DNA of 64,000 nucleotides, taken from Glaucostegus cemiculus. Lineage: Eukaryota. The position numbers and the translations under genes were made by a program. The first letter of the stretch is position 1. Every line of letters starts with the position of its first letter. Below the pieces are notes generated by a model. That model saw only the letters and a list, made by a program, of their open reading frames with translations. It had not been told where the DNA came from and made no database searches. The stretch is from positions 9,424,001 to 9,488,000 of the forward strand of contig CDPCPM010000239.1 of NCBI GenBank assembly GCA_976551045.1. The letters run 5' to 3'. Shown one piece after another: positions 52,001 through 62,478 of the stretch.

Positions 52001-55000
52001 CTGACCTATATACAGTGGAATTTAGAATAAGATATTTAATTGTGTGAAAAAAAATTGGAAAACTCAAAGAGTGTAGGTAATGAGAGGCTGTTTCCTCAGC
52101 ATGGAAAGCCTAGAACTATGAAAATATCAAGATTAAGGAGCTGATTTTTTAAGGCTAAGATGAGGAGAGATCTCTTGTAACAAAAGATTTTAAGCCTGGA
52201 ATTCTCTACCCCAATGGTCTGTGAGTGCTCAACCATAGAGTACACTCAGGGCTGAGAGCAAATGATTTTTGGGCACCAAGAAAAACAAGGTTTTGCAAAT
52301 CAGGTGAGAAAGTTCATCTATAATCTTATTGAATGGCTGAGTAGTCTCGAAGAGCAGTCTAACTAACTGCTTCCATTTCTAATATTTACATTGTTTAATC
52401 CAGGTAGATGATTGCACAGTGCATTAATCCATACAGTTCAGTGTGCAGTACGCTGTTGAATCTGGGAGCTTCAGTGTCTACACACTGTGTCCAATCTACA
52501 TTTTGTGGAATTTACTATTCAATCCTTTCCAGTATAATGCAGAAAATACAGCTCTCCATACAACAGAGATGGACAATTTCCCTCAAGTTAAGTGAATTCC
52601 TATCGAAATGGCTCACCAGTAGCTACAGATTTTTATTTTACAATCATAAGACATTCAGACTCACGCATTGTTGTATCCAGGGTGATCCAGGTCATGACAA
52701 ATGGCTCCAGTCATTAAAATCACCAGATCTATCGGAGTAAGTCTCTCCTGTTCACATGCAGCGACAACAAAGTTAACACAGTTACTGGATAGTATAGAAA
52801 ACTGAAAGTTTATTTTATCTCTTCAGTAGTCAAAATTCACTTCCAGGCAAGGCACAGGGACTGAAGATGCCTTCCATCTGAACTCAATTAGACAATAGAA
52901 TAAATGCCACAAACTGATGGAGTTGTGTATATTGCAGATCCATTCAAAACACTGATAACAATACTGATGCAAAGGAATTGGTGCACATTGAACACATGTA
53001 ATGAGTAAATATGCCACCATGCATGTGCGCATAGTTATATTGCTGCTCAAAAGCTCCATCCGTGACTGGGTTTCTGAATGCAATTCCCTTTAATATTGGA
53101 AAAAAAATCCCTTTATATCAATATAGGCAGCCAGTTTGGACAGCCTCTGGATTGCCTACAGTTAGAACAAAATGGCAATATGTCTGATATAAAAGTAAAT
53201 TGGTAGAAGTAAATATCATTTCCAATGGTTTGACTCAGGAAAGCACAGGTATTAGACTTTGTTGTTTGAAAGGTACGCAGGATTAAATACAGCTTGTTGA
53301 TGTGCCACTTTTGAAAGAGCACTTCATGAGTTATGACTCCATACTTTGTTATTGGATTAATGTTTGGTTCCAGAAGCAAAGGTCTAGCTGAATAATTGTG
53401 CCAATTCACTTCTGTGCAAAAATGAAAATGGCCACTACAGAGTGCTCATCCTTCCACTGGAGTATTGATACGGTTTGAAGTTTACATGTAGCTGTGATCC
53501 TCTGTCCTGAATACAAAGAGAAGATATGGGAAACCTTGCAAGTCAGGAGAGCATCTGTGGAAAGGCCAATAATCTGTAAAATTTAACTTTGTTTCTCTTT
53601 CCACAGATGCTAACTGACCAGTTGAGAGTTTCTGTCATTTTCTGTTTTTATTTCAGTTTTACAGCTTCCATAATTTAATGCTTCTCAATCTTTCCCCCAA
53701 TTTTCTAGATGTTGCTCCTTTGCTTCTTACTAATTAATGAAAGAAAGTGTGCTGAAAATTTTTGAATCAGAATAGCAGAACCAGTTTGGCTCAATTAGTG
53801 CATGCAAATTTTATTATTTATAATTGTGTAGGTAATTTTAATTGTTGAAGCAATGCTCGAAACTCCAAAGCAAGTGGTCTATGTTGGAGATTATGCTTCA
53901 CACAAACCTTCTCTCATCCAGCTGCATCTAACCCTATCAATATATCCTCCTAGTCCTTACTTCCCAATATCTTGATTTCCTTTTCCCTCCAAAAATTATT
54001 ACTTTTTTCCCTTCAGCCACTCCTTGTGGCACCAAGTTCCCACATTTTAAACATTCATCAAGGAAATAGGTTTTTATGAATTCCTTTTTTGTGTTTATTG
54101 GCAATATAATCTAATTTATTTTTCTTTTATTTCACCTTGTCCACTACTACATTTGAACCTTTTAACAGGAAGCAGGCTTTATCATTAGGTGTGTGTAAAT
54201 CTCCTATTTTATTTATAAATAGATGCAAAAGGGGCTGGATTCACCATGTACATTTCTTTTCAAGCATGTGACCAGAAAGAAGAAAATTCAGTCAGTGGAT
54301 GTGGTTATGCCGGAGTGCAGGCTAGTTGTCGATCTCCACTCACCTGCAGCTCACACAGATGGATCATACCGTACATCATCTGTGTTACGCAGAAGCAATG
54401 CCGGAAGTTGTGGAATGGATTGTTTCGGTAGTTCTCCTGAATGCTGAGCTGGATAGAAACAGAGGAGAGGTTGTCAGGGCAGTGATCAGAGAATAAAGAC
54501 TGAGGTGAGGAAGAATTTCTTCCCTCACAGGGTTGTGAGTTTGTTGGAGTTCCTTGCCCCAGAAAGCTGTGGAAGCTAAATCCTTGAATATATTCAACAC
54601 TGAGAAAGATAGGTTCTGAATGAATCAGGAAATCAACGTTAACAGGGAGAGGGTGGGAAGTGGACGAGGAAGGTTGGATTAGCCATGATCTTATTGAATG
54701 ACAGTGCAAAGTAGAGGGGCCGAATGGCTTCCTTCTGTTCCTATTTCTAATAGTTTCATCACCAACGATGATGAAGTAAGATTAAATGGGTAGCTCTTTC
54801 AAAGAATAGACAGAGGCACAATGGCTGAATTCCAAACAGTATGATTCTAGAAGTACACTTGTTTAAAATATTATGTCCAAGAAATTCAATTGCACAACTA
54901 TTCTTTTTAGCACTCTGTGAATGCAGATCGATAGTTAATAGAGTCAATCCAATAACAGCATTCTCTGGGTCATTTCATTTCACACCAGGGATTCATCTGC

Positions 55001-58000
55001 GCTCTTTCTCTTGGAAATCACACTTTCGGCAGCACATCTAATGACATCATTCCTCATTTAAGTGTTTTCAAGTGAAATTAAGTCACATTGTTCAGAATGG
55101 CATTAGATGTTGGACACTCAACACAACCCTGCCCGTGAGCTTGGTCTGCAGCTTCATCCTTTAAAGGGCCATTCTCACTATCTTTGAAGAACGCTCTGGA
55201 GGCTGAGTACTCAGTCCAGAACCTGCTACTGTTGAGCACATAGACTTCTAGTGAGCTACACCACCATTTGAACAGTTGAAACACCTTTTCTGCTAGCTTG
55301 GGGGTTCCTGTTGCTTCAGCTGGAGGATTTAGAGCAGCAGGATAAGTATCAGAGGTGTTGCTGACAAGGTTGGAAACCCTGAGCGATGAAGCATAGAAGT
55401 ATTGACATTCACAATCCAGGTCCCCAAAGGACTTTGCGGAGACACTCTCCTACTTCAACCCTATCTGAGGAACATTGTCTCCAAACATTGTGTACTAAAG
55501 CAATTGCCATGAAGATAGACATCCATCTGTGGACAATCCTCCAATTCACACTGTGTTACTCTCTGCCAGCTGAGGTCAAGATCAGTGTCACACTCAATTT
55601 CCTAATGTTTGGGTCATTCCACTTTGCTGTAAATGATCTACACTCTACCTTGCAGTTTGCCGTGCTGCAGTACTGGAGTTCTGCAGCACTGATGTTCTGC
55701 ATTCAAGATAAGGTACTTCTAACTTTCCTTCAGCACAGATGATGACTCTGACTGGTTGTGTAGCTTTGTTCTGCAGGTTCACATGACTTATGATGCTTAC
55801 ATATGTAGCAGTTTGGACATCCCTTCAGAACTGGAGCTCATCGTGATCCAGAAGAGCTTTGACCCCTCAGCACTCGGGGTGTTGTTTACAATGAGTAAAA
55901 CTTCCTTGTGACTCATGACAACTATCCCAGAGGCTCACACACCTCCATTATTCTTAGGCCATTGCTCTTGCTTATCATTTTGCAGGAATGCCACAGCCCC
56001 ATAACTGGATCTTGGGGGAATAAGAATTAACCATGGTCTAACATCTCAATGAGGGCCTCTACAACTTAGGCCGTGCACACCATGCCATTAAGGTGTCATA
56101 AGATGAGATTCCACTGACTGCAACAGTCAGCCACATCCTCCAGTACTCACAAGTCATGGAGTCATGCAGCTTGGAAACGGCCCCTTTGGCTCACCAAGCC
56201 TGCACTGAGCATTAAACACTCATTTACACTAATCCTACATTCATCCCATTTTTATTCTCGCTCCATTCTCATCAACTCCCCCAGATTCTATCACCAACCT
56301 CCATATTAGGGGCAATTTACCAGCCAATCAACCTACCAACCCGTTCATCTTTGGGATGTGGGAAAGAAACCCAGCACCTAAAGGAAACCCGCACAGTCAC
56401 AGGGAGAATGTGCAAACTCCACATAGACAGCACCCCAGGTCAGGATTGAACCCGGGTCACTGGGGCTGTGAGGCAGCCGCTCTACTAGCTGTGCCACTTT
56501 GCCACCCTAAACTGTATTTCATACTTTCGTCTGTATTTCACACAAATGCTGCCTGATCTGCTAGCCCCAGTATTTCCTGTTTTTATTTCAGATTTCCAGC
56601 ATCTGCTACTTTTTGGCTTTTTATCCTTCATCATTTTCTGCCCCTAGTACCACTCACAGCAGAGCCCTTGCCCAAGGGAGTCCAGCTGGAGGAGCAACAG
56701 AAACCAGAAGGTCAGCAGGAGGAGAAGAAACAAGAGAAGGACTTGAAGACGACTACACCAGATGTTACGGAAGGGAAGCCCTCCGTGTACATGCTGTCAG
56801 AACACACCTGATAGCCAACACAGATATAATAATCCGTACATCTGATGCACATCTACTGCCTTGGAACCAAGGGACAGTGCTCCAGTCACACCATATTGGT
56901 AACCAGGCAAGATGGCGACTCATTGCAAGCTGCTCTCTACAGATCTACTCATTACCCTTACTGTAACTCAGTGTAACTTCACTGTGTAATGAATTGATCT
57001 GTACAATCGGTGTGCAAGACAAGTTTTTCACTGTACCTCGGTTCAAGTCATAATAATAAACCAATACCAATCCGGACATTTTCAAGTGCTCATGACCATG
57101 TCTCCTTTAAACTCCATTGTACCACTCAATCAAAAGCCGAAATAATGTACCTATGTCACAACAGAGGTATCCTCAAAAATCAGAACTGCAGATGCTGGAA
57201 GATCAAAATAAAAGCAGAAAATACTGGAAACGCCATCAGGTTGGGAAGGTTTGGAAGGAGAAAGTGTGCCAATGTTTCAATTCTGAGAGGGAAAGAGAGA
57301 AAACAATTTTCAGTAGTGGGGAGGAATGGGCAGAACAAACGGAATATCTCTATTAGAATGGTAGTGAAAGAGTTAATGTGGAAGTGAAACTCAGATTATA
57401 TTTCTTTGACGGTTATGAATAGCTAGTTGCAACTATGGAATGTGCCCAGGAGGCCAGTCTATACTAATAGAGAGAGAAAGATGAATCAAAATCACAGATG
57501 GATGACAGGCAGAAATGGCCAGCTCTGATACAGAAAAAAGAGTGAATTACTTAAAGCTCAGGGTGACTCTTTCATTTGGTTTCTCCAATGTAGAGGAGTC
57601 CACATTGTGAACACTGAATGCAGTACACTCGTTTGGAAGAGCGCAGGTGAATCACTGCTTCACCGGGAAAGTCTGGTTGTATCCCTGGATGGTGGGAAGG
57701 GAAGATGTGAAGGGGCAGTTGTTGCATCTCTTATGGTTGGAGAAGATCCTCAGACAGTGTGCAGGCATTCAGCTTCTGCTCATGGCCACTCAAATATAGA
57801 CCACCTCTGCAAGGTGACCCACAAATAAAATCAATGCAGGATGAACTTCTTCAGGAGAACTCTCTGAGATAATCCTATAACTAAAGGTATGATCCAGTAC
57901 ATCAGTTTTGGTCATTGCACCTGTGTTTATGCCCTTTCGCAATTGTTCATAACATTCACGGTCTTTAAACAGGTTGGCTTTGAATGTGTAATGAAATGTG

Positions 58001-60474
58001 CAGGTTAACAAGCAATGAAGGCAGCGACCTTGAAAAATCTGTAGGATTAATCAATATACCCAGTCAAGTAATAGAGTATAAGCTTCATGTGAACTCTTTG
58101 TCTCAATCATTGTCCAATCTATAATGGGCCCATGACTAGCTATTTAATTGACCCATATCTACATTGATTTACTGTGCGTGATTAATTTCCTCTGGAACCA
58201 ATGTAATCAGGTGGTGGGTGAAAATGTCCACTGATGTGAGGATGGCAACGATTAAGGTTTATAAACAGAGCTATTGAACTCCAATCCATGTGAGGGAAGG
58301 AAATCTATTACCCTTCTTGTGCTGCAGTAATGCAACGTTATGGAATACCTAAATAGCTTAAAGGATAAAGACTCAGACTTCCACAAAGATAATGGTTCAA
58401 CAAAGACCCAGCATTGGATGAAACAAAACGTTACAATCAAATAACCAAAAAAAGATTTAAAGATCTTTGTTTCTTCGCAATTTAAAGCATGTTTAATTTC
58501 TAACTTTTGCTAATCCTGATGAAGTCATTGCCTGAAACATTAATTTTTATCTCTATCTCCACAAGTGCTGCCTGACCCACTGAGTACTTCCAGTTCATTT
58601 CTCTTCAGTGTAATCGCTTTTGCAGATGGGTAGTTAGTGACTGACCCAGTTACATGTTGAACTCCTTAATATGAACAATGGTGTATTCTGCAGTAGGGAG
58701 AACCTCCTTTAACTCCAATACTTTCATTTGCCTCACGAGCCTGATAGAGTTCTTTGAGGAGGTGACGAGGAAGCTTGATGAGGGCAGGGCGGTGGATGTA
58801 GTGTATATGGATTTTAGTAAGGCGTTCGATAAGGTTCCTCATGGCAGGCTTCTTCAGAAGGTCAGAGGTCGAGGTATCCAGGGGAGGTTGGCTGTGTGGA
58901 TAAGAAATTGGCTTTCCTGTAGAAGGCAGAGGGTTATGGTGGAGGGAGTGCCCTCGGATTGGAGGGCTGTGACTAGTGGAGTCCCGCAGGGATCGGTTCT
59001 GGGGCCTCTACTCTTTGTTATATTCATAGATGATTTGGATGAAGGAGTGGAGGGATGGGTTGGTAAGTTTGCAGATGACACCAAGATCGGTGGTGTGGTA
59101 GATAGTGTGGAGGACTGTAGGAGCTTACAGGGGGATATTGATAGGATGCAGAACTGGGCTGACAGGTGGCAGATGGAGTTTAATCCGGAGAAGTGTGAGG
59201 TGGTGCACTTTGGGAGGACAAACTCCAGGACAGAGTATAAGGTAAATGGCAAGGTTCTTGGCAGTGTAGAGGAGCAGAGGGATCTGGGGGTTCATATCCA
59301 CAGTTCACTCAAAGTTGCCTCGCAGGTGGATAGGGCTGTTAAGAAGGCTTATGGGATGTTGGCTTTTATAAGTAAAGGGATTGAGTTCAAGAGCAGAGAG
59401 GTGATGATGCTGCTTTACAAAACTCTAGTTAGGCCGCATTTGGAATATTGTGTTCAGTTCTGGTCGCCGCATTATAGGAAGGATGTGGAGGCGTTGGAGA
59501 GGGTGCAGAGGTGATTTACCAGGATGATGCCTGGATTGGAGGGTATGGAATATAAAGAGAGGCTTAAGGTGCTAGGGCTCTACTCATTAGAGAGGAGGAG
59601 GATGAGAGGGGACTTGATAGAGGTGTTTAAGATATTGAGAGGAATAGATAGAGTTAATAGTCAGCGCCTCTTTCCCAGAGCGCAGATGCTAAAGGCGAGA
59701 GGGCATGCCTTTAAGATAATTGGTGGAAAGTATAGGGGAGATGTCAGAGGGAAGTTTTTCACCCAGAGAGTGGTTGGTGCATGGAATGCACTGCCTGGGG
59801 TGGTAGTGGAGGCAGATACGTTGGACAGGTTTAAGAGATTGTTAGATAAGCACATGGAAGAATGTGGAATAGTAGGATATGAGGGTGGAAAGAGTTAGTT
59901 TGGGAGATGTTTGTAGGATGGCACAGCTTGATGGGCTGAAGGGCCTGTTCTGTGCTGTATTGTTCTATTGTTCTATTGTTGTTCTATTGTTCTATTGTTC
60001 ATTTACCTAAACCCATGCAGTCCTGACAGCTAAACATTTGGAGTGGAATTTAACCCAAGCCATAGAAAAGATAAATGATTTTCCATTGGGTAAGCTTTCC
60101 ATTTTTTCCACCCTCCCCTTCTGGTCTTCCAATGCAGTGGAGGCTGTGTGCTGTTTGAGACTTGTGTATACGCTTCTTCCTGTCAGACCAGACAGACAGT
60201 GTAATGTCATGCTCTGCTTGCATTGTTCTATCAAAATGGAATAGCAATTAAAGCAGTGCCTATGGTGATATATTGACAGGGAGATTTTTGTCTGCCTTTA
60301 TGTATCTCTGGCTCTATGTCTGTTCCGACCTATAATGTCGTAAAATACCAATAGATATCAACTTTGCCTTAACAGCAGCAAACTTACCAGCCAACGTTTT
60401 AGTATGATAGGATTCATGTTGAACTCTTCTACCAGTCCCAGGTCATGGTACATGTACTCAAGACAGCTGAGCAT
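39969..60474 (-). CDS. PDE9A-like: PDE9-family high-affinity cGMP-specific 3',5'-cyclic phosphodiesterase, 5'-partial (catalytic domain and C-terminus, 9 coding exons in window)
   Basis: Nine GT-AG exons splice in frame to [15 protein letters not shown]...NPFHNFRH...[11 protein letters not shown]...LENHH...ILATDMARH...[11 protein letters not shown]...EEYF...TAQIGF...; PDE signature HDxDHxGxxN intact; protein collinear with human PDE9A. Confidence 0.95.
40474..40738 (-). mobile_element. Young CpG-rich V-domain SINE
   Basis: gtgggaggaaaccggagcacccggaggaaacccacgcagacacggg; head gggcggcatgatagcgtagcggttaccg on - strand. Confidence 0.88.
41639..42328 (-). mobile_element. 5'-truncated Penelope-like element (ORF C-terminus plus terminal repeat with hammerhead)
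   Basis: Minus-strand [26 protein letters not shown]; hammerhead-like 41737-41774; TSD aaaaagtcag at 41629-41638/42329-42338. Confidence 0.85.
42400..42495 (-). CDS. PDE9A-like: PDE9-like exon [32 protein letters not shown] (96 nt)
   Basis: gctgttag| acceptor, GAG|gtaaat donor; matches PDE9[33 protein letters not shown]. Confidence 0.93.
42840..43012. mobile_element. Penelope-type terminal repeat with partial inverted arm
   Basis: Minus strand CTGACGA-aaggtcttcgacct-GAAC; arms acagaaaaatgctagaaa / tttccagcactttctgt. Confidence 0.6.
43455..43942 (+). mobile_element. Rex1 3' fragment
   Basis: [12 protein letters not shown]...HPGHALF; aataaacctgattctgattctgatt tail. Confidence 0.85.
44474..44869 (+). 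mobile_element. Solo LTR (396 bp) in a PDE9-like intron
   Basis: TGTCAC...GTGACA inverted ends; perfect 5-bp TSD ATGAA (44469-44473/44870-44874); TATA-like gcataagta and polyA-like aatcaa. Confidence 0.9.
45397..45525 (-). CDS. PDE9A-like: PDE9-like exon [43 protein letters not shown] (129 nt)
   Basis: atgcag| acceptor, AAG|gtaagt donor; invariant substrate-binding Gln (TAQIGF). Confidence 0.95.
46785..46889 (-). CDS. PDE9A-like: PDE9-like exon [35 protein letters not shown] (105 nt)
   Basis: ttttcctcag| acceptor, CAG|gtgaaa donor; metal-binding Asp in CCDISN. Confidence 0.95.
47300..47413 (-). CDS. PDE9A-like: PDE9-like exon [38 protein letters not shown] (114 nt)
   Basis: ccctaaag| acceptor, AGT|gtaagt donor; ILATDM motif. 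Confidence 0.94.
47692..47913. mobile_element. Palindromic head-to-head Penelope-type unit
   Basis: About 90-bp inverted arms (ctgctggaggaac.../...gagttcctccagcag); TSD-like tctagaa at 47685-47691/47914-47920. Confidence 0.75.
48902..49058 (-). CDS. PDE9A-like: PDE9-like exon [52 protein letters not shown] (157 nt)
   Basis: gttcag| acceptor, CAG|gtaaga donor; inside ORF 48881..49093. Confidence 0.96.
49290..52380 (+). mobile_element. Long, very old CR1 remnant
   Basis: Degenerate FQKVFNK (~51370), ISKFAYD (~51570), [11 protein letters not shown] (51690) and cttattgaatggc tail. Confidence 0.6.
50763..51035. mobile_element. Palindromic head-to-head Penelope-type unit inserted in the old CR1
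   Basis: About 95-bp inverted arms, each ending in a hammerhead-like core, ~45-nt spacer; TSD taaaagagc at 50754-50762/51036-51044. Confidence 0.8.
52665..52747 (-). CDS. PDE9A-like: PDE9-like exon [27 protein letters not shown](A) (83 nt)
   Basis: gaacag| acceptor, GC|gtgagt donor (phase 2); carries the PDE signature. Confidence 0.95.
53510..53672. mobile_element. Degraded palindromic Penelope-type unit
   Basis: agcatctgtggaaag ... ctttccacagatgct inverted arms. Confidence 0.55.
54344..54448 (-). CDS. PDE9A-like: PDE9-like exon [35 protein letters not shown] (105 nt)
   Basis: ctatccag| acceptor, CAG|gtgagt donor; HNxxH catalytic/metal motif. Confidence 0.95.
54470..54755 (+). mobile_element. 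CR1 3' fragment abutting the acceptor of PDE9-like exon 54448
   Basis: gaggaagaatttcttccctcacagggttgtgag...gccatgatcttattgaatg...ggccgaatggc tail. Confidence 0.7.
56153..56507 (-). mobile_element. V-domain SINE with CR1-type tail
   Basis: cacagggagaatgtgcaaactccac core; head gggtggcaaagtggcacagctagtagagc. Confidence 0.8.
57170..57740 (-). mobile_element. Penelope-like remnant with GIY-YIG motif
   Basis: Minus strand [18 protein letters not shown] at ~57575-57630; terminal repeat at 57170-57290. Confidence 0.7.
58510..58600 (+). mobile_element. Penelope-type terminal repeat with intact CTGATGA/GAAA core
   Basis: cCTGATGAagtcattgcctGAAAcatt...tgctgcctgacccactgag. Confidence 0.55.
58730..59997 (+). 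mobile_element. Young CR1 LINE, 5'-truncated (RT plus 3'UTR), antisense in a PDE9-like intron
   Basis: ORFs 58678..59514 and 59524..59898 in the same frame, separated by one TGA; [25 protein letters not shown]; (TATTGTTC)n tail; TSD-like ttcattt at 58723/59998. Confidence 0.93.
60388..60474 (-). CDS. PDE9A-like: PDE9-like exon [29 protein letters not shown] (87 nt)
   Basis: ttggcag| acceptor, CTG|gtaagt donor; inside ORF 60358..60642. Confidence 0.93.
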
Positions 60475-61274
60475 CTGCCAATAATTATAAAATATAGTTA
60501 CTGCACGCTTGTGTGCCCCATACGATATGCTATAACTGTGCTTATGGATTCCCAAACCTAGTATTTCATTGGAGACATTCAAAATAAGGTTAAACCAACA
60601 AAGGAGTATTATGCAAATATGATTGTACAATACCTCCAACAATGCTTTTTAGGTCAGTCACATCAATGAGAGTCTTCTTTACCATTTCTAGCTGATTTCT
60701 AATAGTGACGGTGCTACCAGAGGTCATCTTCTATTACTTAAGAACTGCAAGAAAATTAAAAGCCTCCTTGCGTTCCATGAAGGTGTCTCTGACACTGCTG
60801 TTGCACAGGCTATGATGGAGATGACATTCACCTCTAGCAGAGTAGCCAACCCCTCAAGTTTACTCTTGTGTTTTCAGAATTTAAGGACCAATCTCATAAA
60901 ACATAGGACATAGAACAGTACAGTACAGAACAGAACAGGCCCTTCAGCCCACAATGCTGTGCCAACATAGCTAATCCCTCCTATCTACGGAATGTCCATA
61001 TCACTCTATTTTCCTCATCTCCACTCAAAGTTACTGATATGGGCAACCCAGGTTCACAGAGTCAATTAAAGAAGTTTTAATTCCTTTCTTTAAACATTTT
61101 TGCTCATTAGTTATAATAAAATTTCTTTCCTCAAAGTCAATGCAAGTGCCTATTTGCTTTCCTATTGGCTTTGGGAGGGAAAGTAATGGACAAGTTGATG
61201 TCAGGACTGAGCCTATCATAACTACAGAAAATGCTGGAAATATTCAGCAGGTCAGACCATATCTGTGGGAAGAT

Positions 61275-61530
61275 ACCTAATCACCACTATAATTTAGCAA
61301 CACCGTGACCACTCTGATCACTTTGCACTAAAATGGACTTTTCTTTGTTCTAATTGTGTTTTTTCTTGTAAAGATTGTGTATAATTTATGTTCAATTCAT
61401 GTTTTTCTTGTGAATGCTGCTTTTCTGATGCTCTGTGCCTGCGATGCTGCTGCAAGTAAGCGTTTCATTGCACCCGTTCACACATGGACTTGTGCGTATG
61501 ACAATAAACTTGACTTTGACTTTGACTTTG
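61275..61530 (+). mobile_element. Rex-type LINE 3'UTR with (GACTTT)n tail
   Basis: gacaataaacttgactttgactttgacttt; homologous to 8855-10400. Confidence 0.65.
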
Positions 61531-61950
61531 TTTCCACCACCTCTCCTGTCAGTGTGCTCCAGGCACCTACCACACTCTGTGTAAAAAAAAAGCTTGCCTT
61601 ACAAGTTGGTTACAAGTTTAAAGCTTGTCCCTTAAACTTTCCCCATCTTGCTTTAAAGCTATGCCCTCTAGCATTTGGCATTGCCACCCAGGGAAAAAAA
61701 ACTCTGTCTATCTACCCTATCTATTGCCTCTCACAATTTTATATGCCTTGATCAGGTCTCCCCTCAGCCTCTAATACTCCAGAGAATACAATCCAAATAT
61801 GTCAAACCTTTCCTTATAGCTGATACCCTCTAGTCCAGGCACTATCCTGTTGAACTTCTTCTGCACACTCTCCAAAGCCTCCCTATCCTTCCTGTAATGT
61901 GGTGACCGGAACTGCATTCAATACTCCTACTGTTGCCTAACTAAAGTTTT
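61531..61950 (-). mobile_element. CR1 3' fragment
   Basis: Reverse of EY..QFRSPHYRKD and FFTQSVVGAWSTL. Confidence 0.7.
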
Positions 61951-62212
61951 GAACATTTTAATTTTAACTCAGTGATCTGCCACTACTGTACTGGTGGCTG
62001 GCAGTGCCCAGGTAAGGCAGCTTCATGGTACCTCATTGTACTCCCAGTGCCAGACGTCAAATGTTGGTTTCTTCAGAGCTTCAATGGTCTCCTGGGATAG
62101 AGTATACTGTCAAAACAGAGAACAGACATTACAAAGTCACTTGGTCAGCAATCACCTTCTCCAGCAAGCTACAATTCACAGCATTGCTCACAGGCATGTT
62201 ATTGTATATAAG

Positions 62213-62478
62213 ATAGGATAAGATATCTTTATCAGTCAAATGCACATCGAAACACACAGTGAAATACATCTTTTTGTGTTGAGTGTCCTGGGGGCAGCCC
62301 ACAAGTGTTTCCACACTTCCAGTGCCAACATAACATCCCCACAACTTCCTAACCTGTACGTCTTTGGAATGTGGGAGGAAACCGGAGCACCCGGAGGAAA
62401 CCTGCACAGACACAGAGAGGATGTACAAACGCCTTACAGAGAGTGGCCACAATCGAACTCAGGTCTCTGGTGCTGTAT
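62213..62478 (-). mobile_element. V-domain SINE with Rex-like tail (same subfamily as 36867)
   Basis: gtgggaggaaaccggagcacccggaggaaa core; gataagatatctttat tail. Confidence 0.85.

Noticed and set aside
55030-56150. Possible decayed L1/Tx1-type LINE (also 2830-3750)
   Set aside because: Texture suggests old retroelement sequence but I could not read a diagnostic motif.
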